A stretch of DNA of 63,429 nt, the filler included, from Licmophora abbreviata (lineage: Eukaryota), in NCBI GenBank assembly GCA_900291995.1. It is 17 parts of 17 records of this genome, joined end to end, with 100 filler letters (N's around TTAATTAATTAA, not from the genome) between each part and the next. Parts side by side here need not be neighbours in the genome. Positions count along the whole stretch, not along the records: positions 1 to 9,885 come from OLMU01005691.1; positions 9,986 to 11,946 come from OLMU01005693.1; 15 more parts are not named here. One strand, 5' to 3'. Shown here piece by piece: positions 1 to 10,965 of this stretch. A program made the position numbers and the translations under genes. Below the pieces are notes generated by a model. That model was given only the letters and a program-made list of their open reading frames with translations, had not been told where the DNA came from and did no database searches. Numbering within the stretch: the stretch's first letter is position 1; each line of letters starts with the position of its first letter.

Positions 1-300
1 TACCGGACTAGGCGTAGGGGACACGGGGGGCGACGTCGGGTCAAGAGGAGTAGCCTCGCTTGGAGCCGGGCTGGCACTGGGTGCAGGACTAGCACTCGGG
101 GCCGGACTAGCATTGGGCGCAGGGGTCACGGTGACAGGCGCCGGTGTGCCGGATACCGGACTAGGCGTAGGAGGCACGGGAGGCGACGTCGGGTCGAGAG
201 GAGTAGCCTCGCTTGGAGCCGGACTGGCACTGGGCGCAGGACTAGCACTCGGGGCAGGACTGGCGCTGGGCACAGGAGTGCCCGGAACAGGGGCAGGGCT
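1..300. repeat. Coding tandem repeat, 153-bp (51-aa) unit containing nested 18-bp PAPSAS units
   Basis: taccggactaggcgtag occurs at 1 and again at 154; SEATPLDPTSPPV occurs twice; (PAPSAS)x3 within each unit. Confidence 0.85.
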
Positions 301-420
301 CGGAGCCATGCTGAAGCTTGGCTCAGAGCTTGGGGCATCGGTATAACCGAGCCCAGCCCCAAGTGATGGCGTCATGGCGACCCCCAAGAGGAGGCACAGG
401 GCCCATCGTGAGTAGAACAT
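1..420 (-). CDS. Secreted Pro/Ser/Thr-rich mucin-like protein, 5' part (runs off the window start)
   Basis: Manual translation from ATG at 420: MFYSRWALCLLLGVAMTPSLGAG (signal peptide-like), then TDAPSSEPSFSMAPSPAPVPGTPVPSASPAPSASPAPSASPAPSEATPLDPTSPPVPPTPSPV... with no stop to position 1. This frame is absent from the ORF track. Confidence 0.8.
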   Translation of the reverse strand, partial: MFYSRWALCLLLGVAMTPSLGAGLGYTDAPSSEPSFSMAPSPAPVPGTPVPSASPAPSASPAPSASPAPSEATPLDPTSPPVPPTPSPVSGTPAPVTVTPAPNASPAPSASPAPSASPAPSEATPLDPTSPPVSPTPSPV

Positions 421-2444
421 ATTTCAGAATAAGAAATCTAAAAAGACCAGATTCAGCGCTCGTTTCTTTTCGCTGCTAAAATGCTCTGATGTGGTCGTAA
501 GATAAGAGCCAAGGGTCAATCCGCTTGAAGCAACACAAGAACAACCGCAACGATTTAGTCACTGAAGTGAGCCGACAAAATTGTGAACGCATCGTGCTCC
601 CGTGAGCACTTTCTGCGTGGCTCCCATGCCCTCGTGAATGATTTCACGTTATTCATCATGCGTCTCGAGGCATAGCTAAGGAAAGATGCCTCCAGCTCAC
701 GGCGTTAAGCGAAAAGCTGGAGGTTTCTCCAGGCATAGTTGATATCGCCAGAAGAAACCCGAGTGACCGAGATGCGTTATCAAAGCGAGACCGTGTGGGG
801 GTGCGCGGGCGCCAAAGTCTGAAAAGTCTCGAAGGTTTTGTTCACGAATTGTTGCACGAATTCGTGACTACAAAGAACCCGGATATTTAGAATACTCCAC
901 TACTCCGAGTAGTATCATAGTAAAGTCGTTTCAGTCGACCTCGACTTCCAACGCGAGCGGCCTAACGGAGCGTTGATACCTCACGCCGACGCGACTTACT
1001 GTGCCAGAGCGAGTATCATTATGTCTATTTGACTAAGGAGAATACTGAGATCATAAGTACAGGTAAACCACAAAGCTCTGATCAAATGCCCCTTCGAAAT
1101 CGAGCATGATGCTCTTGGACCTTAGACAGACACCCTTCCATATAGACTAAGTCAACTGACAACCTGATTTTCTGCAACTCTTTCTTTACTTTGCGCTCAT
1201 TGAGTACTCGTACGCTCTAGGATATGAAATCACAGTCTGTCGTTGATCTGACTCCAACAGTATCGATGATATCGCCACATAATGTACGCATGCAAGATCG
1301 ATTGTGTGGACCTGTAGAGAAAGGCCCTAGCTGGTGACACTGGTGCCGGCCCCGCAACTGCAGGGCGATACCCGCCAACTATCTCAGTCTCAAACTTATA
1401 GCAGCGTTGACTCGATACCGCAGAGCAGTCATACAGAGAGAACGCCAAGCCTCCACACGATGGCTTTCCCTTCCCGTTTTCCAAGGGAAGCGCCAGTTTT
1501 CCACCCACAATTGGCATTGATGTCGAGGCTATCATCGTTGGTTGCTGCTCAGTTTCTGCCACAATAGATCGAAGTTTCCTTTTTGGTTGTCGGTTCGCTG
1601 TGCAAATCCCGAAACTTAGCCATGTCACACCCAGAAAGACATCCTTCAGGTCCACTACCGACTCGGACTCGTTCGGCACGGCTCGAAACACTCCAAATGT
1701 CACGGAGCGGCGGGCGAGCCACCACGGATAGGACCCAAACACGTCTCGTTCAATCGTCTGGCGAGAAACCTGCGACGGCTTGAACACTGACGAGGACACT
1801 TCACGAGACGTAGCCGTGCCTGCCGATCGATCAATCGCCGCGGTCCATCGGTAGGCGTAGTTGCTCGGAAAAAATCGGACACATTGTGCATTCTGGATTC
1901 TACGTGCAATGAGAATTAACCACGTCAAGTAAGCTGCACAGAAAAGTCTCCTCATCCGGAAGGCATTCGACTGAGAATCGTCACTTTATCGGGGTCGCCC
2001 TTAGAACCGCCATGGTGCCATCCCTGCTCCCTGCGACCAGCCATCACAGTCACGCGCGCACACACACAAACACACTCAGTATCGTATGATACATACGAGT
2101 ACTTAAAGTTGTGGTCCCACTCGGGACTCGCGATTGCACGGCTCGCGCGCAAGAAGAGTCCCATCCTATTTAAAATGTGATAGTCATGGCGATGGGACAT
2201 CCGACATCGCCATACCGTTAAATAAAAATTGTCCCTTATAAGTAATTAAGTACCAAAAACTAGCGCGCGCCAGACTATTTGGCGACGAATGGCGATCTTG
2301 CACACAACTCTGAGCTTCACCAAACAGGCCCACAGCGCACTACGCACTTGTAGATGGCGCCTTGATGTCCTTTGTTGTTGCTGTTGATCGTCTCTTTACA
2401 CACCAGTTTTTGCCGTGAGAGATCCAACGGATCGATATCTTGGA

Positions 2445-4334
2445 ATGCGTTTCTCGAATCTTTTCTTTCCGCTAGTATTTGCCGGCTTGTCGCTCGGCAG
2501 CGCCGATAGTGTGAACGGACAGGAGGACCGTAGAACCGCCGGAACACCGCCACCTCCGGACTCTTGCGAAGTAAACTTCACCGAACGGATTGAAGAACCG
2601 CTCATTTTGCTGGAAAACAGAATTTATGAAATTCAGGCAGGGTACGTTGGAAGAGCCCCGAAATGTTTCGATAGCGTCAGCTCAACTAGCGAATCACTCA
2701 ACTCAACCTACTTTAACTGTACTCTCCATTCTCGACTCCAGTGATTTGACATCCCCATTCCTTGGCAACACTGTGTACCGTGTGAGGGGTATCGTCACAG
2801 CCATCGCACCTATTGTGAACACCTTCTGGATGCAAGATCTGGAAGGTGATGGCGATAACAGCACATCGGACGGTATTGCAGTTACATCAAATACTGGTCC
2901 TCAGGGTATTTTCTTGGGATCGCCAGTGGATCTCGCAATCGGGGACATTGTAGTTCTCGAGGCTGCAAGTGTATTTGAAATTCAGGTTGACGATATGAAC
3001 GATAACCTGCGTCAACCACGGACATCGCTGGGCCCCTCCGATTTGAACGACGTCACAATCGAGTCTCGCGGTAATGATATCCCTGAACCAGTCATTATTG
3101 GAGCCGAAGGACGCCTCCCACCGTCAGAAAACATGCAAGCTGGAGTTTATTTCTGGGAGAGCCTCAAAGGTATGGTAGTCACAGTCAAGACACCATTGGC
3201 AGTGTCTCCTCGGGTGGCAAACTTCCTCTACACTGTAACGGACAACGGAGAGTTTGTAACCGGACTCAGTGAGCGTGGCGCGCTCAACGTTGGTCCCGGC
3301 GACTTCAACCCTGAAACGAATCTTGATTGTGGAGCTCGACGAGTATTTTAATTTTTCGTTCCGAACTCCAGTACGGGGGCTACGTTTGACGATGTCGAAG
3401 GCGTTGTGCTGGATCTCACGAGTGGGGAATACGCCATTGTCCCCACCAAGGTGTTTGGCTTGGTGGAGGATGGTGGACTCGAAAAGTCCTCCACGACGTG
3501 CGGTGGTGGCATTGGGTCTTCTACGCTCAGTGTCGGAACGTACCATCTTAACTCTCTCTTGGACTATGATGAGGTCGCCAGCAACATTGTGAACAACATG
3601 GGATACCCCGATGTCCTTGCTCTGCAAGGAACTATTGATGCGGGTCTGGACCTGTCTCTGCTGGTGGAAGCAGTGGAAGATATTCCGAGTATCCTTCCCC
3701 AGACATATACTATCATTCCATCGTTGCGAGATGGCACCCCCATCCTCTACAATCCAAGAACGATCCGTCAATACAGCCAACGTGTGAGTATGAAAGACTT
3801 TGCCGGTCGACCGGTGCCACCCCACTTGGCTGCCAAGCTCGAGTTCCTTGATACCAGGGAACGTTCGATATCATCAACCTCCGGCTTACGGATAAAGATG
3901 GCTCTGCCGCAAAGTTTGGTGTCAACCAGCCCTTCGAGAACCTCCAAGAAGCTGACGAGATCAATGCTGGGGTGGACGAGCGTCTCGCCGAGACCAATTT
4001 TGTCCGCACGTCGCTCATCAACAACTTTGTAACGGATCCTGCCAAACTGATTGTATTGGGAGCCATGTATGAAAACGAATTCGTGTCACCCATGGTGAAT
4101 TTGGATGGTGCGGGTCTGAAAAATTTGGTAAGAGACATTGCTCCGAACGAAGGTTACTCCACCATCAATCTGGACACTGGGAATGCCGAGGCCTGGGATC
4201 ATATTTTCGTGGGATTGGACTACTGTCAAAATTCGATCGGCGAGTACATTCATGTCAACACGGAGTTTTATGAAGGTTTGGAGTATGATCCCATGGTGGC
4301 TTGCATTACATTTCCCAACTTAGTAAGAAAATGA
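2445..4334 (+). CDS. Secreted ExeM/NucH-like protein (OB-fold plus EEP endonuclease domain); frameshifted, catalytic motifs degenerate (possible pseudogene)
   Basis: Signal peptide MRFSNLFFPLVFAGLSLGSA; motifs IYEIQ, SPFLGNTVYRVRGIVTA, FWMQDLEGDGDNSTSDGI, FWESLKGMVVTV, GDFNPE-RI, PDVLALQ, WDHIFV. Reconstruction needs frame changes near 2725, 3315, 3355 and 3858. Confidence 0.7.
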
Positions 4335-4646
4335 GGTCGGCGAGCGAGAAAGAGCAATCAATGTAGTATGATTTTCCTGTTTCATGTTTATGTATATGTG
4401 CGTTTGGGACAGAATTTGCAGCCGATTTTTTCGTTCTTGGTTGAACCAATGAGGATCATAAAATAGTACTGGAAGCAAATCTATCTACTTGTAACTCATC
4501 CTGCGGCGTGAACAGACAATGGATTCTCTTGCAAGAGAGGCGATTGGACACTCTTTCTTTGTCTCTGGTGAATGAATCTACCAGGTACCGGGAGCTATCG
4601 GTATGGAAGATAGTTACTGCGAAGTACTAGTTGAGCACGAATGCCA

Positions 4647-4674
4647 TTTCAAATTGCCGCGACATTTTCGCGCG
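4647..4674 (+). promoter_or_regulatory. Putative CHR-like (TTCAAA) and E2F (TTTTCGCGC) elements upstream of EME1
   Basis: tttcaaa at ~4647-4653 and ttttcgcgc at 4665-4673, about 100 bp before the likely EME1 ATG at 4767. Confidence 0.35.
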
Positions 4675-4766
4675 AGGGATCTCTTGCGATCCGTCCGTCT
4701 CCCGTCGAATTTGACGCCAAAGTTTTGTTACAAAATCAAAATCGCCGTCCAGTGCTACACTGGACC

Positions 4767-6200
4767 ATGACGAACAATGCCGCCGTCGTTTGCATCGATC
4801 TTTCGTCGTCATCGTCGTCTGACGACGATCACGAGGACGAAGAAGAGCTAGAGATTCTGCCTCCTAAAAGCCAAGAGTCTTCATCTTCGGAAAAGAAGTC
4901 GAGAGCCGATGATGAGAACGACGACGATGCGGTGATGGCTCCCTACACTTTCAACAGGAACAAAAGGCAAGCAGTAGAATCAGCTCGCTTTTCAGACGAC
5001 GACGATCTTCTTCCAAGCGAAGGACCGACCTTCGCTACGGTGCACCCTCGGAAATTGACTCAGAGAGAGCAACGCGAGGAAGAAAAGCGTCGTGACAAAG
5101 AACAACGACACGAAGAACGGCAACAAAAGCTGCTCTACAAGCAACAAGAACAAGAGCTCAAGAAGCGACGTGTGGAACAGGCGCAGCAGCAAATGGGAAA
5201 GTATGCAAATCGAGAAATCGTGATATTGATTCATCGAAGGCTGTACCAGCAGCTGATGAATGGTGATTGCAGTGAGGTGGTGGAGGGACTGGAAGAGCTT
5301 TACAAGGTACATGCATGTACGACGAGTCTTCCTGCTACGAATGCCATTCAGTGGATTCGACAAGATTATCTCTTGGGAGGAGCAGAACAAGCCTTGAAAT
5401 CATACAATGAAATGCAACAAAATGAAAACTCTGCCGCCAAGAGCAACAAGAAGACGACTACTTCCAATTCGTCGTTGTCCTTCCAACAGATGGACCGACT
5501 TGCTCTGCTTTTTTACGACCCCGCCACCTTTCTCGCTCTCCTCCAGCGAGACGACGAACACGACGACGACTATCCCAAACTGGCTGCATACGTCGAGCAT
5601 TTTCTTACAACAAAACATCGCCACTATGATGGCAAACTCATTTTCATTCTCTTCAAAGTCCAAGACGAGATTTCGAGTCAATGGAATGCGCACAAAGGTC
5701 GACGATCCAGTACGACAACAGCGGCAGTACCACCACCGACTCACGCGGAATTCAATGACTGCATGGTATGGTTGATGGTGTGCTATGGAGTGGAGTGCAT
5801 TGTCTGTAACAGCGAGGATGAGCTATTGTCCAACTTGCAGAAACTGACAAGAGCCCAATCCGAAGCCAAGTACCAACAGCCGGTCACGGAGCTGGAGTGT
5901 GTCAAGAAGCTCAAGAGTGACACTTCCATGAATACGTCATCGCCATACGAAAAGGCCCATGACACATGGATTCGACAATTGCAACAAGTGCCGGGTATTT
6001 CGGACGCCAAGGCGCGGCATCTCGCCTCGTATGTTCCCACCCAGCGGTGTCTGTGGGAACTCTACCAAGATCCATCGAGAACGGAGCAGGAAAAGCGCAT
6101 GATCGTGGCGCCGCTGCTACACGAAGGACGCAACTTCCCCAAGCTTTCGGATACACTGTATCGACTTTTGACGAGTACGAATGCAGATGAGCTATTGTAA
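4767..6200 (+). CDS. EME1: Crossover junction endonuclease subunit EME1/Mms4-like (degenerate ERCC4 domain plus HhH)
   Basis: Charged N-terminal coiled region, then EIVILIH; C-terminal WIRQLQQVPGISDAKARHLASYVPT..LWELYQDP and KLSDTLYRLLTSTNADELL typical of EME1. The ORF opens at 4641; the likely start is 4767 (MTNNAAVVCIDL, SIM-like). Confidence 0.8.
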   Translation: MTNNAAVVCIDLSSSSSSDDDHEDEEELEILPPKSQESSSSEKKSRADDENDDDAVMAPYTFNRNKRQAVESARFSDDDDLLPSEGPTFATVHPRKLTQREQREEEKRRDKEQRHEERQQKLLYKQQEQELKKRRVEQAQQQMGKYANREIVILIHRRLYQQLMNGDCSEVVEGLEELYKVHACTTSLPATNAIQWIRQDYLLGGAEQALKSYNEMQQNENSAAKSNKKTTTSNSSLSFQQMDRLALLFYDPATFLALLQRDDEHDDDYPKLAAYVEHFLTTKHRHYDGKLIFILFKVQDEISSQWNAHKGRRSSTTTAAVPPPTHAEFNDCMVWLMVCYGVECIVCNSEDELLSNLQKLTRAQSEAKYQQPVTELECVKKLKSDTSMNTSSPYEKAHDTWIRQLQQVPGISDAKARHLASYVPTQRCLWELYQDPSRTEQEKRMIVAPLLHEGRNFPKLSDTLYRLLTSTNADELL

Positions 6201-6556
6201 ATGCGTTATTTTAGAAAGTTAGTGATGGAGAGTGCTGTGTTTCTGTTGGAGCTCCCACCGCGATGCGTGTGAATGATTCCGTCCTTTTCGACGCTGATGA
6301 TACACAGAATGAGCAGTCGGCTGCAAAAGCAAGAATACTAGGATGGCAATTTATCTTGCTAGTTTATACTATTAGATGAGTTCCATACAAACTTATACTC
6401 TAGCAGTCACGACGCATAGATACGAGAACTGTCGTGTGTCATGCCAGTTTCCTTGCGAGCATTTGTGCCTCCTCGCCGGAATATACAGCGAGCGCACACA
6501 AAGCTCCGTGCATCATTGCTTCCCACACACGATACTTTTGCATTCCTCCTACTACT

Positions 6557-8034
6557 CTAGATTTCAATAGACCCTCCTTGAAAACCACCAGTGGAACTGT
6601 TGTTGTTGTTGCTTTGGTGATGAGTTGCAGTCGACGGCTGCACATGAAAGGCCGAGTGTGCTGCATGCGGTTGGGGTCGAGAAGCAGAAGTAGTACTACT
6701 ACTACTCGTAGGAGGTCCCATCATGCGACGATTCATGCCACCAACCGTGGAATGACTCGTAGCAGACAAAGGATCGTTGTGATGCGTCGTTAGGAGCGAT
6801 TCCAACAGACGATGGTCTTGACAGTAGCGCAACAAGTCACTGGGCAACATTTCTCGCAGGGCCGCCATGGTAGTCTTGTTCCTGTCCAATGAAAAAAAAG
6901 TGCAAGTAGATACACAAGTAGTTGTATTTTATATAGTGAGTGACAGGGTCGACTGTAGGATGGCAGGTTGATTCCGACACAAGACTAAAGAGAACACACA
7001 ACGTACATTCCCAGTCGCTTCAAGATGGTATTGTCATCGTTGATTTCAAAGGGCATGTTAAAGTCAAACATGACATTCTGACGATCCGGACTCATTTCAC
7101 ACTGAATGATGGCATTGCTGGCTGTATTGACCACAATGAAGGGCAACCAAATGCGGTCGTCCTTGCTCTTTTCGAGAGAGGAGTTTTTGTGGTGTTGAGT
7201 AGTAGTGGTGGTGGAGGTAGTAGTAGTGGAGGTAGCAGTAGTACTAGCACCAGTAGCACCACCACTACTAGTAGTAGTTCCAAGTTGCTGATTGTGTTTG
7301 CACAGATTCCGAAAGCAGACTTGCTGAATCAACAATTCCTGCAGCTGCTCCCTCTTGCGCTGCACCGCCTGTTGACGCTGCTGCCCCTCCCTCTGCAGCA
7401 AATCCAAATCATGATGAACATTGCTGGGCAGTCCCTTCCAGGATATATTTTTCTTTTCCTTCTGAATAATGTCCATGGCCATGAGTACGTTGAGGGCATC
7501 GTAGACGCGTCGACGAATGTTCTTTTCGTCGTACTTGCCGCGGGGTTCGTCGGGGGAGCGTTCGGACATGACTTCCGTGACGAGTTCGTCGGCGACCTCG
7601 TTGTAGGTAGTGTGACCCTTCTGTTCGACCTTGCGGCATACTTTCATGCTAAAGTGACGAAGGCCCTTTCCGGTGGCGACGGAAGAGGGAGTGGAGGGCC
7701 GAGGGGGAGCAGAGGAAGATGTCGTAGTGGTGCTAGTAGTAGTAGTAGCTGTGGGGGACGACGAAGGGACTGTCAGAGAAGCGACGGCACTGATAGCAGT
7801 ACTGGTAGTAGAAGCAGCAGCGTCTTTCAGTGTCTTTGATTTCTTCAAGACAGGCTCCGAGGAGGGTGGAATGAGTGTGCTGCTGCCTGCTGCTGTTGGA
7901 ATACTAGTAGTAGTAGCAGTACTGGTAGTAGTACTCGTGCGCTCGTTCGGATGCGGTTCGTTCGTCTCGATCGTTGCTGCTGCGGTGGCGGCTCTGCGCT
8001 TTGTTCCACGCAGAGGAGAAGAGTCGTCCGACAT
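6557..8034 (-). CDS. DP: Transcription factor DP (E2F dimerisation partner), 2 exons (intron 6882-7006)
   Basis: KGLRHFSMKVCRKVEQKGHTTYNEVADELV, YDEKNIRRRVYDALNVLMAMDII, LPFIVVNT, FEINDDNTILKRLG; GTACGT...CAG intron joins in frame to MNKTTMAAL. Confidence 0.95.
7195..7280. repeat. Imperfect (AGT/ACT)n trinucleotide tract encoding poly-Thr/Ser; similar tracts at ~7725-7810, 7900-7935, 9450-9500, 58340-58390 and 58600-58620
   Basis: Visible runs of gtagtagtagt / actactacta. Confidence 0.8.
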
Positions 8035-8370
8035 GATGATGCTGAAGATGCTGAAGAAGAAGAAGCTTTGACGACAAGCAAACAGTCCAGAGCAAGGGCA
8101 CTTGAACGCAAGTATAGTACGAGTCTCTCCTGAAGACGAGACTAAATCACACTTTCTGTACTTACATGCAACATGCTAGTCTACGACGACGAGGCCCTCG
8201 AGCGTGACAGTACGGAATTATAATCTTCGTATATTGATAACATATACTGTCCTAAAGAGTACTTGTATTCACTATTGAATGTAGTCAGATGCAATCTTTC
8301 CATAAGTCTTGTTTCCGTTGAAGTCTACATCACGTTTTATAGCTACAGCAATGAAACGCCCGCAAACGGA

Positions 8371-8382
8371 GGCGCGCCAAAA
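8371..8382 (-). promoter_or_regulatory. Putative E2F/DP binding site (TTTTGGCGCGCC) upstream of DP
   Basis: ggcgcgccaaaa on +, matching TTTSSCGC on the DP strand, about 340 bp upstream of the DP ATG. Confidence 0.35.
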
Positions 8383-8522
8383 CCAGGAGAGCCGCGTGTC
8401 ACACACCATGATGTATGTATGATGATATGTTACAATACTATCGTACGAGTACTCTACACATGTAGCCGAGTATCCTAGCTCCTCTCTCTCTCCATCACAG
8501 CTCTCTCCATCACAGCAGCAGC

Positions 8523-9885
8523 ATGGACGCGGAAAGACAGGAGCCCTGTGTGACAGACGAGTGTCGTCACGAAGAGACGGACGTCGAAAAGGACGTGGGC
8601 GACAATGTCTTTGAAACGCCCACGGTGTCACCCACAAGCCTCAGTGAACGACCTTCGACGCGACCTTCTCTGGCTCCAACGGAACAACGCACGAAAGAAC
8701 CAGACCAGTCAGAATCTAGCACTCTCTGCACGGTGGACGAGCAAGGACTGATTGGTCAGACTACTCTTACCACTGCTGCTGATACTGCTAGTACTGCTGC
8801 TGTCGCACAGACTCTCTTGTATCACTATCAAGTCGAAACGACGTCGTTGGACGCCAGTACTCCTGGCTCATCGTCATCGTTACTACTGCTGGCTGAATTG
8901 GAACGTCTCGTTAGTCAATATGCCTTGGCACCGGGACTCATGGGAAACGACTGTTCTACAACCACCACTGCTACAGCAGCTGCAGCACTAGGTCCGGGGA
9001 CGGGGCGTAGACAGCTTGCACAGGAACCGGGAACTACCACTACTACTTCCAATGTACTGGGTGTGGGCACGGCACCGGCTGATGAGATCATGACGGCTGG
9101 TGAGTATCATTCATGATGCGACACGACTGTGCCACGCACAATAACTTGCTCCACTCACTCACTCTCTTTATATTCACACTCAGAACCCTGTCTCGTCCTT
9201 GCGGACTCATCCTCCACTGCATCCTGTTTCGTTGTCTCGGGCAATGCCACCTTGTACTCGTCGACAGGTCTGTCTCCTACCCACTTGCGACTCGCGCAAG
9301 ATTACATTCGACAAGGCATGACGGAAGAACCAGACTTGTCGTCGTCGTCGTCGTTATTGTTGGTGTTGTTACAAGCAAGCAACGATACCAATGGACAAGT
9401 GGTGGGCTTGCGATATCGCAGTGATTTGGATCAACCACAGAACGATCCTACTACTACTATTACTCCTAGTAGTAGCAGTACTACAAACAACAACAACAAC
9501 AAGAATATCATTTGGGGATCCATCTTGTTGATCTTTGGATTACTCGCAGTGGGACTGGTGGCACTCTTGTATACTACCAAGCGTCGACGACGCAGAACGA
9601 ATACTTCTCCCTGGCTTGCAAGGAAGAACCTCCTCGGCATTGTCTCTCGAGACACTTTCGATCAAGACATGGATATTTCACCGCTCGAACGCTCCTTTGA
9701 AGATGGTCGTCCAGCACTCCATTCCACTTTTAACACTTTGTGGAATGTACCACAACAACAACAACAACAACAACAAGACGAGCTTGTTGGTATTCCACCA
9801 CCAAGTCTACTGGAACAGCAACAACAAGGACACAATCCATCCATTTCGGCGGCAGCATGGCTCATGGCCTTGGATCGACCGCCAT
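8523..9885 (+). CDS. Hypothetical single-pass membrane protein, Ser/Thr-rich ectodomain; intron 9100-9183; truncated at spacer; start uncertain
   Basis: GTGAGT...CAG intron joins ORFs 8523 and 9129 in frame (MTAE-PCLV); TM helix IIWGSILLIFGLLAVGLVALLY followed by KRRRRR. Confidence 0.7.
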
Positions 9886-9985
9886 NNNNNNNNNNNNNNN
9901 NNNNNNNNNNNNNNNNNNNNNNNNNNNNNTTAATTAATTAANNNNNNNNNNNNNNNNNNNNNNNNNNNNNNNNNNNNNNNNNNNN
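9886..9985. other. Artificial contig spacer N44-TTAATTAATTAA-N44. Also at 11947, 35217, 38650, 41700, 44109, 45215, 46676, 48799, 50052, 52905, 55490, 57051, 59345, 60458 and 62257 (each 100 bp)
   Basis: Identical 100-bp structure 16 times; TTAATTAATTAA gives stops in all six frames. Confidence 0.98.
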
Positions 9986-10675
9986 ACCACCGACGAAGGG
10001 TACAGCCGCCCGCTCCATCAAGAACACGGGAGGCTGATAAAAGTCAGTGCCAATGGGATACAACTCGTCCCGCCAGCCCGTAATGACACTCCGAGACCGC
10101 AACTCTTGCATGACTCCCATGACTGCGTCGGTACGAGACTCGCAAGTCGTGCTGTCGGAAGACAGTGTGAGCAAAGTATTCGTACTTTCAAGTAGTTGAA
10201 ACGGAGAGTTCGGAGTGGCCGACACGAGCATTTCGGCCATACTGGGCGTCACTTTTCCCAATTTCATGTCGTCCACGACAAAAGGGATAAGAGATTCTTC
10301 TCCAGCTGGCATCCTGTCGTTGACTTGACGTACGCGGTATAGCATGTCTTGAACAAGACGAGCATCATCATCATCGTAAGTTGAAGTAGTGGTAGTGCCC
10401 TTGAACGACGACGACGACGACGACGATGATGATGCACTGCTTGAATAAAGACGAGTAGACTTGCATGCTGGAACAAGTCGAAAAGCCTTGCTGTGGCGAC
10501 ACTCGTAGCGGCATGCGGAGGATGCTTTCGTGAGGAACCTCCTGGCGTTAGTAGTAGATACTGCCACTAACGAGAAGCTCATTTCCAATTTCAAAATAAG
10601 TACGAGTATCCAGAAACAAGGGTGGATGCGCAGTCTGCCTCTACTACTGTCGTTTCTATTGTTACGGATCACCAT
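9986..10675 (-). CDS. Nudix hydrolase, NUDT20/24 / YJR142W-like, organelle-targeted; 5' part only
   Basis: LRSRSVITGWRDELYPIG...PVFLMERAAVPFVG is characteristic of the region preceding the Nudix box; N-terminal signal/transit-like sequence; cut by spacer. Confidence 0.8.
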
Positions 10676-10965
10676 AAATTAGGTACCTGGGATTCAAGAG
10701 GAGGGTACTGAAAGTCTAGAGACACGGCTGCCACCCATCGAATGTCATGTTGGTCGTCGCGTTGGCTTGGATGTGTCGTCGCGTTGTGTACTTTTTTCCG
10801 AAAACGTCAGTGGATGCCGGGCATCTCACTTTTTCGGGTGCTCGCGATGGACACGACGACGAATGATGACCTTTGATTCCATTTTCATCGCACTTCTTAG
10901 TAGTGACCTACCTCTATTGTTGTATGTAGCACGTTCCTTTTGTATCCTGAACTCACGATACCACC

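Noticed and set aside
842..867. Short inverted repeat tcacgaatt...aattcgtga
   Set aside because: Only 9-bp arms, with no target-site duplication or transposase; expected by chance.
1230..1955. 241-aa minus-strand ORF in the intergenic region
   Set aside because: No recognisable motif, non-ATG start; likely a chance ORF.
6940..7839. Long antisense ORFs opposite real genes (also 3124-3825, 21175-21876, 23956-24885, 52082-52852, 59754-60422)
   Set aside because: Shadow frames of well-supported genes on the other strand.
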